Part shown: piece after piece, positions 9,261-19,261 of the stretch
Numbering within the stretch: the stretch's first letter is position 1
Layout of the letters: every line of letters starts with the position of its first letter
Source: Ignavibacteriota bacterium
GTDB lineage: Bacteria > Bacteroidota > Ignavibacteria > Palsa-1295
Direction of reading: 5' to 3'
NCBI GenBank assembly: GCA_963787835.1
Contig: CAWBEI010000002.1
Location: 32,001 to 96,000, forward strand
Length of the DNA stretch: 64,000 bases
The notes under the pieces: model-generated
Databases searched by the model: none
What the model was told of the DNA's origin: nothing
The model's input: only the letters and a program-made list of their open reading frames with translations
Program-made: the position numbers and the translations under genes

Positions 9261-10679
9261 TTACCGGGTGATCACCAACTTCTCCGTAACTGACTCGCCA
9301 TTCGACGAAAGGCGGACGAAATACGAACCGGGAGCGAAGCTGAGCGGATCGAGCGTCAGTACGTTCTGACCCGACAACGCCATACCATTCTGAAGGACGC
9401 GAACGGTTCGGCCTAATTCATCCATCACCGACACCTGCGTGGGACCGGCATCGCTCATAGTATAGGTGATCGTTACTCCCGAACCGGAAGCCGGGTTCCC
9501 TGATATAGCAAGTTTCAGCCCGGCATCCGATCCCGCTATTGGAGTCACAGCAGAAAGCCCAAGATCCGATAGCTTCCGGATCCATACACCATTTTCAAAC
9601 GTACTGACCATCACATATCCGCCAGAGACCTGCACAGCATTCACATAAGGTCCGTTAGCGGTTGGAAGTCCGGCATTCCACTGCGTCCATGTTGTGCCGC
9701 TATTAGTGGACACATAGAAACCGCTGTCGGTAGCAGCGAATAGGTTCTGACCGAATGCTGCAAGCTGGGGGGTAACATTGGACCAGGTTTGCGGAGTAGA
9801 ATTCTTCAGCGTCCAACTCTGGCCGTTATTCGTGGTGAGATAGCAATCGTACGTGTTGTCCGTACTGTCATGAGCGAACAATGCATAAAGCGAGGAGCCC
9901 GAATTTGCGAACGCCCAAGCAGGCGCCCAGCCGTTGTTACTGTCTAAATACGATAAACCCGAATTTGCTGAGGACCACGATGCACCATTATTCGTCGAGA
10001 CATACATGCCGAAACCAGCAGATGCAGCGATCAAATTATTTCCGGATGACACTAATTTATTGACCCCAATCGGATAAACTACCCCTTGATAGGAGATCGT
10101 CATTCCAACGGTATCTGGTGTCCATGGTGCTCCGGGTGCCGTTTGTTGAAAAATGCCCGATCCGCCGCACGACATATAGATCTTCCCGTTGAACGAAATC
10201 AATGCCGCAGCAAACGCATTCGTATCCGGCCATCCTGTTGTATCGGCAAACCATGTTTGGCCCTGATCTCTGGAATAGCAGAGCACGGTTTTATTCCCGG
10301 TTGCCGGTGATAGGTTCGCAGAGCCGATCAGCGCATATCCGGCATTCGTTTGGAATGCGACAAGCGGAACACCGCCATTCGGAGCAAAGCTTGACCAGGT
10401 TTGGCCGTTATCCGATGAAAGGAAAAGAGAATCCGACGTAGCGCCCGTCTGATTGCTTGCGCATCTCGCATCGGCAAGAAGATTGTTCCCATACACCAGG
10501 AAACCTGCGACGTCATCGACATTATTATTCCCCAGCGAATTACTGAATCCTGTCACCTGCTTCCATTGTGCAAACGCGGCATGATTCGAGATGATCAGTA
10601 CAATGGCAAACGCTGCGAAACGAATTGCAACTCGTTTCGAGCGAGGGAAGAACGGAGACACCGTAAAAGTATTATTCAT
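9261..10679 (-). CDS. Secreted Asp-box beta-propeller protein with T9SS C-terminal domain
   Basis: SSDNGQTW, STNNGASW, TTNNGQSW repeats; paralogue of both neighbours. Confidence 0.75.
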   Translation of the reverse strand: MNNTFTVSPFFPRSKRVAIRFAAFAIVLIISNHAAFAQWKQVTGFSNSLGNNNVDDVAGFLVYGNNLLADARCASNQTGATSDSLFLSSDNGQTWSSFAPNGGVPLVAFQTNAGYALIGSANLSPATGNKTVLCYSRDQGQTWFADTTGWPDTNAFAAALISFNGKIYMSCGGSGIFQQTAPGAPWTPDTVGMTISYQGVVYPIGVNKLVSSGNNLIAASAGFGMYVSTNNGASWSSANSGLSYLDSNNGWAPAWAFANSGSSLYALFAHDSTDNTYDCYLTTNNGQSWTLKNSTPQTWSNVTPQLAAFGQNLFAATDSGFYVSTNSGTTWTQWNAGLPTANGPYVNAVQVSGGYVMVSTFENGVWIRKLSDLGLSAVTPIAGSDAGLKLAISGNPASGSGVTITYTMSDAGPTQVSVMDELGRTVRVLQNGMALSGQNVLTLDPLSFAPGSYFVRLSSNGESVTEKLVITR

Positions 10680-10719
10680 GAATATGGATTTGGTTAGTTG
10701 AGCAATTCTATTCTGGAAA

Positions 10720-12172
10720 TTATCTCGCGATCACGAGCTTTTGCATGGTGGCAGCGCCATCGGCGGTCAGGCGTACGAAGTACGTTCCGGGATCGAGCGT
10801 GCGGGAATCGAGCGTGACCATATTTTCCCCCGGCAACGATGTACCATTCTGGAACATTCGCACGCTTCGGCCCAATTCGTCCATCACGAGGATCTGTGCA
10901 TCACTGGCATCGGGAAGAGTATAGGTAACCTTTACTTCGGAACTCGAAGCAGGGTTTTGGGACAATGAAAGGCTCAGGCCATCCGCACGTGTTGGATTCG
11001 CGGACACGGATGAAATCCCAAAGGAGGAAAGGGATCGATACCACGCACCAGACGAATTGGTACCGATCACAATATTTCCACCGGAAACTATAACGGAATT
11101 TGGATAATCTCCCGGCGTAAATGCAAGACCTTGATCCTCCTGCGTCCATGTCGAACCGTTGTTGGATGAATAATAAAAACCGCTATCTGTAACGGCAAAT
11201 AAATTTTGATTGTATGCGGCAAGGCTATACAGCAATCCCCAATTTAAAATCAGATGAATTCTGCTTACTCCAATTCTGACCGTTATTTGTTGTAAGATAA
11301 ATATCGACGGTATCGAAGTCGGATCCACCAAATTGATCGGTGTCATGAGCGATCACTGCATATACGGACGAGCCATAAACAGCGAATTGATCCGCCTCAT
11401 ACCAATTATTGAATCCCGAGGAGGTGAAGGATGGCAATCCACTATTTTCAGACGTCCAGAGCATCCCCTGGTTCGTAGATACAAAGATTCCATCACCACT
11501 CCCCTCCAGCGTGGAAAGAAATAAATTATTTCCGGATGCTGCTAACCAACCGATCTCTGAGAAAAACGGGAATGTGTATCCCATCCCACTCGAATCCAGC
11601 GTCCAGATCCCGCCGGGGGTTGTTTGGCTAAAAACACCATACGAGTTCGACGCATAGGCTGTGTTTCCGATCTTAGCAAGCGAAAGGGCTTGGCCATTGG
11701 TACCTGTGAGGTTCCATCCCGTCGTATCGATCGCCCATGTCTGTCCATAATCTGTGGAAAAAGAGAGCACTGCGTCGGAAATATTATTGTCGGCAGGAGA
11801 GGGCTGTGCCTCTCCGATGAAATCATTTCCAACCACCACCAATGGCCGTTGCCCGTAGGGAGCAAAATCCGTCCATGTTTGCCCGTGATCCGTAGAAAGA
11901 AAGAGTGAATCGGGCGTCGCGCCAGGGTTGTTTAGCAGATCGTCGGCGCAAAACGCCGAGGCCAGCAGTGAATCGCCCCAAAGCGTGAAGCCGGCGACCT
12001 GATCGACGTTATCAGGCAAACTGGCATTGACATTCGAAAAACCTGTAGCCTGTTTCCATTGCGCGAAAGACACCTCTTCGAATGCAAACAGCAACGAGTA
12101 ACAGACGGCAATAGCAAAGGCCGCGCGAAACGAGATCGAACTCATGGACGAATGGAACGTAAGTTTTTTCAT
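10720..12172 (-). pseudogene. Third Asp-box/T9SS paralogue split by a 1-nt frameshift (pseudogene or sequencing error)
   Basis: ORF 11225..12172 has the signal peptide and Asp-boxes. ORF 10720..11346 has the last blade and the CTD. Removing one base near 11243-11249 joins them collinearly with 9261..10679. Confidence 0.75.
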
Positions 12173-12258
12173 GCGAAATGATTAAAGTATTTTTCTGATC
12201 ACAGGAGGCGCTTCGATAAGCGCACGTATTTTGATCAATAACCCTGAACTGCACCATG

Positions 12259-12266
12259 CAAATATA
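12259..12266 (-). promoter_or_regulatory. Bacteroidota-type -7 promoter element (TATATTTG)
   Basis: Matches TAnnTTTG, upstream of the 12172 start. Confidence 0.45.
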
Positions 12267-12319
12267 CGACAATCGGCCATCTCTGTCAATATTAAGAGAT
12301 TGGCTACCCCAAGCCGAGA

Positions 12320-13621
12320 TCATTTTTCATTTTGGATCTCGGCCTGTTGCACCGAAAGAAATGCCACCTCTGGGTAAATTTTTTTGATCGTGCTCTCCAG
12401 GTTTTGTTCGGCTGACATGGCCTGTATCTGCGTTTTGGCTAGCCCTGTAATGTTTGCCTGATCGGCTGGGCTGGTGAGGGTTGCCCCGTATCCCGATTTT
12501 ACGAGACTGGTGTTGTATGCACCAACGATAGTATTGAGCTTCGATTTATCGCTATTGAACGCAGAATTAAGAGAAGCAAGTGCAGCGTTGACATCTGAAA
12601 TTTCGTTCGTTATATATTGCAGGCGGATCGCACGGTCGCCCTTTGGATCGGAGTAACCACCCTCGCCTTGCGGAGCGCCCGACGCTTGCAATTGCTGCTG
12701 ATGAGCCTTTAATGCAGCTTGAAGCTTACCAGGAGCACTGGCGATAATGGAGTCGATGTGCGCAGCCGCTGCGGTAGTCGAAGGATTGAATTGCTGAAGA
12801 GCACTCATGGCCGCGGTGGATTGCTGCACCAAAAGCACGGTTGAGGAACTCGGTGCGGACGACGGGTTATCGTCCAGCGTCATCAAATCGTTGCCCGTAC
12901 TGCTACCCATGGTACTGGCCGCCTGACCGGTGGTATCCGGATGGGCGGCGGTGTTCGCACGCGAACGCGCGGCAATGGCGTTCCAATCCGTTCCATTCTT
13001 GTTTAATTGTTGCTGCATGTACGCATCTTGTTGTGCGGGAGTCATGTTTTTCATTTGCGTGGCAAACGAGGGATCGGACATCATTTTTTGCTGAAAATCC
13101 TGCCTGGTTTTTGTGACTCCTGCATCGGAATCAATAGCGGGATTCGAACTGGCAGGAATCGCCCCGCTTGATTGCATATACGCCAACTTTTGCTCCGGCG
13201 TCATTGCCATGAACTTTGCTTTGAACGCGGGGTCCTGCATTTGCTGTGCCATTGAAACTGCCCCGGTGTTCATTCCCGGAATATTTTTCTGAGCAATCGC
13301 AAGTTGTTCGCTCGTCGATTTCCCTTGTATTCCCGACAACGAAGCGGCGAGCTGTTTTGCAGAATCCACCTGCTGCTGCTGGGCTACATTCATCACCTTC
13401 CATTGCGATTCCGCCGAGTTCATATCGTTCTCGAACGAAGTGAACAGCGCATCGGCATTGCAAAAACTCGGGTTGCAAGTGCTTTTATCGTACGCCATCG
13501 CAACCGATGACGGGGGCTGAGGGATCTCCTTCAACATCGCGATCATATCGATCTTTGCGATCGATTGCCCGCGCGCGCAGAGTGGAACTAAAATAAACGC
13601 AATCGCAATGGTTTTTTTCAT
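12320..13621 (-). CDS. Secreted Gln/Ala/Met-rich helical hypothetical protein
   Basis: MKKTIAIAFILVPLCARG signal peptide; internal repeat DPAFKAKFMAMTPEQK / DPSFATQMKNMTPAQQ. Confidence 0.7.
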   Translation of the reverse strand: MKKTIAIAFILVPLCARGQSIAKIDMIAMLKEIPQPPSSVAMAYDKSTCNPSFCNADALFTSFENDMNSAESQWKVMNVAQQQQVDSAKQLAASLSGIQGKSTSEQLAIAQKNIPGMNTGAVSMAQQMQDPAFKAKFMAMTPEQKLAYMQSSGAIPASSNPAIDSDAGVTKTRQDFQQKMMSDPSFATQMKNMTPAQQDAYMQQQLNKNGTDWNAIAARSRANTAAHPDTTGQAASTMGSSTGNDLMTLDDNPSSAPSSSTVLLVQQSTAAMSALQQFNPSTTAAAAHIDSIIASAPGKLQAALKAHQQQLQASGAPQGEGGYSDPKGDRAIRLQYITNEISDVNAALASLNSAFNSDKSKLNTIVGAYNTSLVKSGYGATLTSPADQANITGLAKTQIQAMSAEQNLESTIKKIYPEVAFLSVQQAEIQNEK

Positions 13622-13638
13622 CTTCTCAATAAGGATCA

Positions 13639-14613
13639 TTATTCATTTACTGCAACTTTGTACCGTGTCTTGACGATCCACCAGCCTTGCGAGGGTGGAG
13701 CTGTGATCGGGCTCTCGAATGGTAACTTACTGACATCGGCATCGGCATTCCAGGATTCATAGGGGTTGGCGAGGCCGGGATACTGGCCGGCGACGGCGTT
13801 ATTGGCGACGAAGCGTATCTCATAGCTCGGAAGGTCCGGCAATTTCGTCTGAACCGCAATGTGGATGACGTCGTCGGACGTGTTGTACGTGATCACCGGG
13901 TTCTTGGCGTCCATATCCTGCCCATAGTCAAAACTGGTCAGCACAAAATTGGTTGGATCGCAAATGTAGGAATGCTGCTGCTGATCCCATTTTGACGGGG
14001 CATCGTCGATCACACCTTTGGCGGAATGTAGTCCATTCGTCTCCAGATGGAACGTAAATTTTATGGCCTGGGAGTTCAAAACATCTATCGAAGGGGCTAC
14101 GCCCGGTCCCTTGTAACAATGGGCGCCAACGGCTGCATCGCAGTAACAGACTAACTGCTTCGGCAAAATGTGGATCACGGAAGTGACGACCGTCTGCTGA
14201 CTGCCATCGGGCATCGTGACGGCGACAGAGATGGTAACAGGCCCATAAAAGTTACCACTCGGAGCGGTATAGATTGCGAACCCGGTCGCTTGTTGAACTA
14301 ATCTACCGTATGTCGAATTCCCATTTTGCACGCCATTGACCATCCATTTCGATACCGGGATCGTCACGGAAGGTGCCGCGTTTCCCTGCTCTATAACCAC
14401 CCCATTTTCCGTGGTTTGGGTTTCGGTGGTGACGATAAATTCAGCGGTCTGGCCAGCGAAGAGAATAAAGCTGTCGTTGCTGAGATTGACCGCCAACGAT
14501 GGGATCACGGTCGCCTGTGCATGCGCCTTACTTGGAACCATGCTCCCAAAGCATGTGAGCAGTGCCCATGCCGCGAAAAAACCGTGTGAATGATATTTAA
14601 TGCTTCGAAACAT
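13639..14613 (-). CDS. Secreted hypothetical protein, paralogue of 14680..15651
   Basis: Signal peptide; shared WMVNGxQNGNxTYGRL..YTAPSG..YGPVT and FDYGQDM motifs; ATG at 14613. Confidence 0.7.
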   Translation of the reverse strand: MFRSIKYHSHGFFAAWALLTCFGSMVPSKAHAQATVIPSLAVNLSNDSFILFAGQTAEFIVTTETQTTENGVVIEQGNAAPSVTIPVSKWMVNGVQNGNSTYGRLVQQATGFAIYTAPSGNFYGPVTISVAVTMPDGSQQTVVTSVIHILPKQLVCYCDAAVGAHCYKGPGVAPSIDVLNSQAIKFTFHLETNGLHSAKGVIDDAPSKWDQQQHSYICDPTNFVLTSFDYGQDMDAKNPVITYNTSDDVIHIAVQTKLPDLPSYEIRFVANNAVAGQYPGLANPYESWNADADVSKLPFESPITAPPSQGWWIVKTRYKVAVNE

Positions 14614-14631
14614 TCGCGTAGCAGTCGATTG

Positions 14632-14639
14632 CAAAAATA
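14632..14639 (-). promoter_or_regulatory. Bacteroidota-type -7 promoter element (TATTTTTG)
   Basis: TAnnTTTG match just upstream of ATG 14613. Confidence 0.45.
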
Positions 14640-14679
14640 CATACGAGGGGGTTCCTGCGATCTCGATCATACATCCAGG

Positions 14680-15651
14680 CTATTGCGCTACATTTACACC
14701 GTACTTCGATTTGATGACCCACCCCCCGCCGCCGGAGGCTGACTCCGTGCTAACTGGGCTGGTATAAGGTAAATTGCTAATATTCACCTGCGGAACCCAG
14801 GTTGTTTGCGTTGCCTTGATGACTTGCTCCGTATAAATGACTTTATCTGCTCCGGTGAATTTCACCGAATATCCCGGCAAGTCCTGCGCATGGGCGTCGA
14901 AGGAGAAATGGAGCATGTTATCGGCGCCATCGTATTCACACTTGGGGTTGCTCATTGCCATATCTTGACCATAATCGAAATCGCTGATCTCATAGGTAGG
15001 AGCACAAGAGGAATAATTTTTTATCGGCGAGCCTTCTAAGGGTGTAGGGCCATGGTCGAACACGGCATTACATTGATTCTGCGAAGATCGCTCCAGATGA
15101 AAATGGAACTCGACACCCTGGCTGTTCATGAAGCCGAGCATTCCAGGGCTCTCCAAGGCAGGACATTTACATCCAACGGTGTATGAACAATAATACCTAA
15201 GATTTTTCGGAACGATATAAGCGGTCGGCGCGAGCGAGGTTTCCTGGCTTCCGTCTGCTTTGATTACGGATGCGGATAAAGTAACAGGGCCATAATAGCC
15301 TCCACTCGGCGCGGTATAAACCGCATACCCCGTCGATTGTTGGATGAGTCTTCCGTAGGTAGCATTCCCATTTTGAATCCCATTGACCATCCATTGAGCA
15401 GCAGGAATCGTCATTTTTGAATCTTTGGTAATCGTTATATTATTCTCTGTCGTGATGCTTCTGTTTGTGAGGATCAGGTCCGCATTGTCGCCAGGAAAGA
15501 AAATAAAGCTACCCGGCGATGCCGTGTTAAGGAGTGCCAAAGAGGGATGCATGGTCGAATCCTGCGCGCGCAATGAAGATACACGCACCAGACCAATAGT
15601 GCATAAAGCGGCCAAGGCTATTGCAAATTGACAAAATCGATAGTGTCGCAT
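14680..15651 (-). CDS. Secreted hypothetical protein (Ig-like N-domain plus Cys-containing C-domain)
   Basis: Signal peptide; same motifs as the downstream paralogue. Confidence 0.7.
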   Translation of the reverse strand: MRHYRFCQFAIALAALCTIGLVRVSSLRAQDSTMHPSLALLNTASPGSFIFFPGDNADLILTNRSITTENNITITKDSKMTIPAAQWMVNGIQNGNATYGRLIQQSTGYAVYTAPSGGYYGPVTLSASVIKADGSQETSLAPTAYIVPKNLRYYCSYTVGCKCPALESPGMLGFMNSQGVEFHFHLERSSQNQCNAVFDHGPTPLEGSPIKNYSSCAPTYEISDFDYGQDMAMSNPKCEYDGADNMLHFSFDAHAQDLPGYSVKFTGADKVIYTEQVIKATQTTWVPQVNISNLPYTSPVSTESASGGGGWVIKSKYGVNVAQ

Positions 15652-15672
15652 TCGGCTTGTTTTATATCGATA

Positions 15673-15760
15673 CAAAGATACGCAATATTTTCCTGCAGCA
15701 CCGAGGATGTTTTATTTGATTCTTATTTCACTAGGTCTCGTCAATTAATGCTTATTTTTG
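15673..15760. promoter_or_regulatory. Divergent pair of Bacteroidota-type -7 elements
   Basis: TATCTTTG on the minus strand (15673-15680) and TATTTTTG on the plus strand (15753-15760), each just upstream of a start codon. Confidence 0.5.
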
Positions 15761-15792
15761 TATCGAGCTGTATTTATTTTTTAAAAACCACA

Positions 15793-16995
15793 ATGAAACA
15801 CACGTTTACTTCTTTAACACTCTTTGCCACATGCCTCCTCCTCTCGAGTTGCGGTGCGCTTAGCTCGATCCAGAATACCATGCAGAACACCGCGCTCGGA
15901 AAGGTCAACGATAAGGCCAGCCAGACCACCAGCAATGTAATGGACTCCGTACTCGGAAACGGCCAGCATGGAACGGCAGCCAATAACGGCGGTACTAACT
16001 CCGGCGGAACTTCTGCGCCTTCGGCAGTGGGCATGGCGGTGAACTCGCCACAATCCATTGCCGCGTACCAGAATTACGATTTCAAGCCAGGTGATACCAT
16101 TATTTTTTCCGACGATTTCACCGCCGATCAGGACGGAGAGTTCCCGGCGCACTGGAATCTCGATGCCGGTCAGGGTGTCGTCAACGCCGTGCAGGGTGCA
16201 CCGGCATTCTGCCTGACAGTTGGCAACTATGTCATGGTCGATCCCCGCATGACCACCGCAAATTACCTGACCGATCCTTTTACCGTGGAATTTGACTTCT
16301 TTGCCAATGGTGGTTATGACCCCATGATCCGATTTGTCGATGACAAAACGGAAAATCGCGATCTACACCTCGGCCATACGGTCACAACCAGTTATTTCCC
16401 GCATGACTTCTCCGGAAGTACCGTCGGATCGGACGCAGACTATTTCGGAAAGTGGCATCATGCTGCTGTGATCTACAAGAATGGCCAAATGAAAGCATAT
16501 TTGGATAACACGCGAGCGCTTGTCGTTCCGCAGTGCGGTTTCGTACCCGTAAGCCTTAAAGTTGGCGGGATCGGTGATATGGACAAACCGATCGTATTCA
16601 AAAATATGCGCATTGCTTCCGGTGGCAACGCGAACGCGATCGGGAATCTTCTCACGAACGGCAAGTTTGTCACACACGGCATCACGTTCGATATTGGCAA
16701 GGCAACGCTCCTGCCGCAAAGCATGGGCGTGCTCAACGATGTTGCGAAATTCCTGAAAGCGAATCCGAATATCAACATGGAGATCGATGGTCATACCGAT
16801 AATACCGGTTCTGCGTCGAAGAACATGACGCTTTCCCAACAGCGAGCCAATGCCGTTGAAGCGCAGCTTATCACCATGGGAATCGATGCTTCGCGGCTGA
16901 CAACGAAAGGCTTCGGCTCCACAGTACCGATCGCCAGCAACGATACACCCGAAGGCCAGGCCAATAACCGCAGAGTCGAGTTTATTAAGATGTAA
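15793..16995 (+). CDS. OmpA-family lipoprotein (N-terminal beta-sandwich, C-terminal peptidoglycan-binding domain)
   Basis: Lipobox LLLSSC; NYDFKPGD..FSDDF..GEFP; IDGHTDNTG..LSQQRA..NNRRVEF. Confidence 0.88.
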   Translation: MKHTFTSLTLFATCLLLSSCGALSSIQNTMQNTALGKVNDKASQTTSNVMDSVLGNGQHGTAANNGGTNSGGTSAPSAVGMAVNSPQSIAAYQNYDFKPGDTIIFSDDFTADQDGEFPAHWNLDAGQGVVNAVQGAPAFCLTVGNYVMVDPRMTTANYLTDPFTVEFDFFANGGYDPMIRFVDDKTENRDLHLGHTVTTSYFPHDFSGSTVGSDADYFGKWHHAAVIYKNGQMKAYLDNTRALVVPQCGFVPVSLKVGGIGDMDKPIVFKNMRIASGGNANAIGNLLTNGKFVTHGITFDIGKATLLPQSMGVLNDVAKFLKANPNINMEIDGHTDNTGSASKNMTLSQQRANAVEAQLITMGIDASRLTTKGFGSTVPIASNDTPEGQANNRRVEFIKM

Positions 16996-17016
16996 TGCAC
17001 TCGAATCCTGTTTTCC

Positions 17017-17045
17017 AAAAGGGTACGCCATGCGTACCCTTTTTT
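17017..17045 (+). terminator. Rho-independent terminator-like hairpin
   Basis: AAAAGGGTACGC-CAT-GCGTACCCTTTTTT after the OmpA gene. Confidence 0.65.
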
Positions 17046-17136
17046 GTTCGATGGATCCTTTTTCCCAAATCCGCTCCATCCTGTGAATGGTGGTTCACTT
17101 TTCCGAGACGCCACGAAATTCGGAATCGTACCCAAC

Positions 17137-17258
17137 CGTAGGGACGTGCTGCGCACGTCCGCCCCCCAAGGAATTAGAAGGGCTATTATGATGTATATTC
17201 AAACGTGAACGACCGCCAACCGGGAACGGACGTGCGTCCGCCGCGGCGGATCCCTACG
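17137..17258. repeat. Degenerate GTAG-type REP doublet
   Basis: CGTAGGGACGTGCTGCGCACGTCC ... GGACGTGCGTCC...TCCCTACG. Confidence 0.55.
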
Positions 17259-17310
17259 AACCTACCGACATGCGTTCCCCGGTCCGGGAATTATCATAAA
17301 TTGTTAGGGT

Positions 17311-18414
17311 ATGAAAAAAATTACTGTTGGCTGTTTGACGATCTTGCTTTGCACTGCCGCATCCCTGCGCACGCAACAGATCGCTGATGTTCCTACTTTC
17401 AAACCGGACCAACCGACAGGCGTACCACAAAATGTCAGTTCGGATGCAAGGGAGACTGCTGAGCAAGCCAATATCGATACTAAAGCAAACCTAATCACTG
17501 ACTTTTGGAAGGATGGTGTATCTTGTGGGAGTGGCACCGGCTTTGTCGCTAAAAAAGGTAAAGTTGAAAAGCCGCTCGCGGTCGATAGCTTACCAACCGG
17601 ATGTCAATTGCTTTTTAACGAAGCTAATGCGTATGATAATGACCTAATTTGGCAAATGGATTATGATACTTCAATGAAATTAGTCGTACAGTGTGCTAAT
17701 AGTAATTTCCCTGATGTTATTTCGGGATTTCAATTTATGAGTAATGCTGCTGACGGGCTTGGAAACTATGGTGCGGTTCGATCAAATTATTATGCATGGT
17801 TGAAGTCTGTATTATATCTAAACACCACTACACCCGAATATTTTTGCGCCTGTGTAGAGGCTATCGCAGGAGAAACACCCGTTCCTAATCATATTTATCC
17901 TGATACTGGATATGACTGGAATCTTGCTATCATCAATTGGCTTATTCAAAACACAAATTGCGATTCTTCTTTTCTGCGGAGGGACTTTGCAAATGGGCGC
18001 CAGAGTCAAATTTCTACATGGGAAAATAATCCATCATCTTACAAATTAGACACAACTCTACCACCACTCGATTCCATTGACCCTGGTCTTAACGCGTTAT
18101 TAAATAAGCACTTCCTTTATGCGAGTGTGAGTGAATCACAAGGGCTTGGAATTCTTTCCAATGCCACAGCTAACCCCAACCCTGTAAATGAAGGAACCGT
18201 AATTTCCTTCAGCATCAGCAAAGAGGCGTATGTGAAGATCGAGCTTTTCGATGTGCTGGGCAAACAGGCATCTTCTTATGGCTACGAGAGCCTGTTCGAG
18301 CCGGGGAATAAATCGGTTTCCTTCTCGCTCGCCGGGCTGCCTTCGGGTACGTATTACGCCCGCATCATCACGGCTTATGGCGTAGTGCAAACCGTGAAAT
18401 TGGTGAAGGAATAA
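17311..18414 (+). CDS. Secreted Cys-containing protein with T9SS C-terminal domain
   Basis: Signal peptide; NPNP..FDVLGK..LPSGTYY..KLVKE; related to 39959..40942. Confidence 0.75.
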   Translation: MKKITVGCLTILLCTAASLRTQQIADVPTFKPDQPTGVPQNVSSDARETAEQANIDTKANLITDFWKDGVSCGSGTGFVAKKGKVEKPLAVDSLPTGCQLLFNEANAYDNDLIWQMDYDTSMKLVVQCANSNFPDVISGFQFMSNAADGLGNYGAVRSNYYAWLKSVLYLNTTTPEYFCACVEAIAGETPVPNHIYPDTGYDWNLAIINWLIQNTNCDSSFLRRDFANGRQSQISTWENNPSSYKLDTTLPPLDSIDPGLNALLNKHFLYASVSESQGLGILSNATANPNPVNEGTVISFSISKEAYVKIELFDVLGKQASSYGYESLFEPGNKSVSFSLAGLPSGTYYARIITAYGVVQTVKLVKE

Positions 18415-18471
18415 ATCCCTTCACGCGACCTCATCCCTCCGGGGGAGAGGAGCATTTTTTGTTAAGTTCTG

Positions 18472-18499
18472 AAAGGGTACGCCAAACATACCCTTTTTT
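18472..18499 (+). terminator. Terminator-like hairpin related to 17017-17045
   Basis: AAAGGGTACGCC...TACCCTTTTTT. Confidence 0.45.
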
Positions 18500-18552
18500 G
18501 TTTTCTTTGCTCCGTGAATCTTTCACTTCCAAACTGCGGTTACCACGAGAGA

Positions 18553-19248
18553 ATGATCGCTCGAACTTACCCCCCTATTTTAACGGCGTTTTTGCTTCTC
18601 TTGCTCACGGCGCCGCTCCGTGCCCAGCAGAGCCCTGCCTCGGAAGACCATGTCCGTATCGCATTCGAGCAGCGCCTTAGCCAGTCCATCAAGCTCATGA
18701 CTTCGCGCGTGAACGCGGAGAATGCAGAACTCAACCGTCACATATCCGCAATGAACAAGATCGATCCACTGGCGATCCGTAATTTGGATTCGGCCCACGT
18801 TGCGGATAATGTCTCTCGCGTGCTCGATTTCATCGAGTATCTGAAGCATACACGCATCACAAGCGATACGCTGGCCAGGGATTATGAAGACTCCCTGTAT
18901 ATCCTTGCCGTGGAATTGCCGCCGAACATCGATTCAAAAGGCTTCCAGGATATGGACGCCTCGTTCCGCGAGGACCGCAGCGCGTTCAATGCATTCCTCG
19001 ACGCGATGAACAAGGTCTATTCCGATGTCCTCGATGTCCTTCTGTATTTGCAGCATACTTCCTACACGATCGAGAACGACAAATTCACGTTCACTGCGAA
19101 AAAAGATATGATCGAATACCAGAAACGCATGAAGATCTTTGATGCCGATGCGAAAGAACTAAAGCAAGCGAACGAGGAGATGCAAAAGGCGAACGCAAAG
19201 GCGAACGATCATACTAAAGATCCTGCTAGCGACCTGGAAGAGCACTAA
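18553..19248 (+). CDS. Secreted alpha-helical hypothetical protein
   Basis: Signal peptide ending in LRA-Q; charged coiled-coil-like sequence. Confidence 0.65.
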   Translation: MIARTYPPILTAFLLLLLTAPLRAQQSPASEDHVRIAFEQRLSQSIKLMTSRVNAENAELNRHISAMNKIDPLAIRNLDSAHVADNVSRVLDFIEYLKHTRITSDTLARDYEDSLYILAVELPPNIDSKGFQDMDASFREDRSAFNAFLDAMNKVYSDVLDVLLYLQHTSYTIENDKFTFTAKKDMIEYQKRMKIFDADAKELKQANEEMQKANAKANDHTKDPASDLEEH

Positions 19249-19261
19249 TTTCCCGACCACC

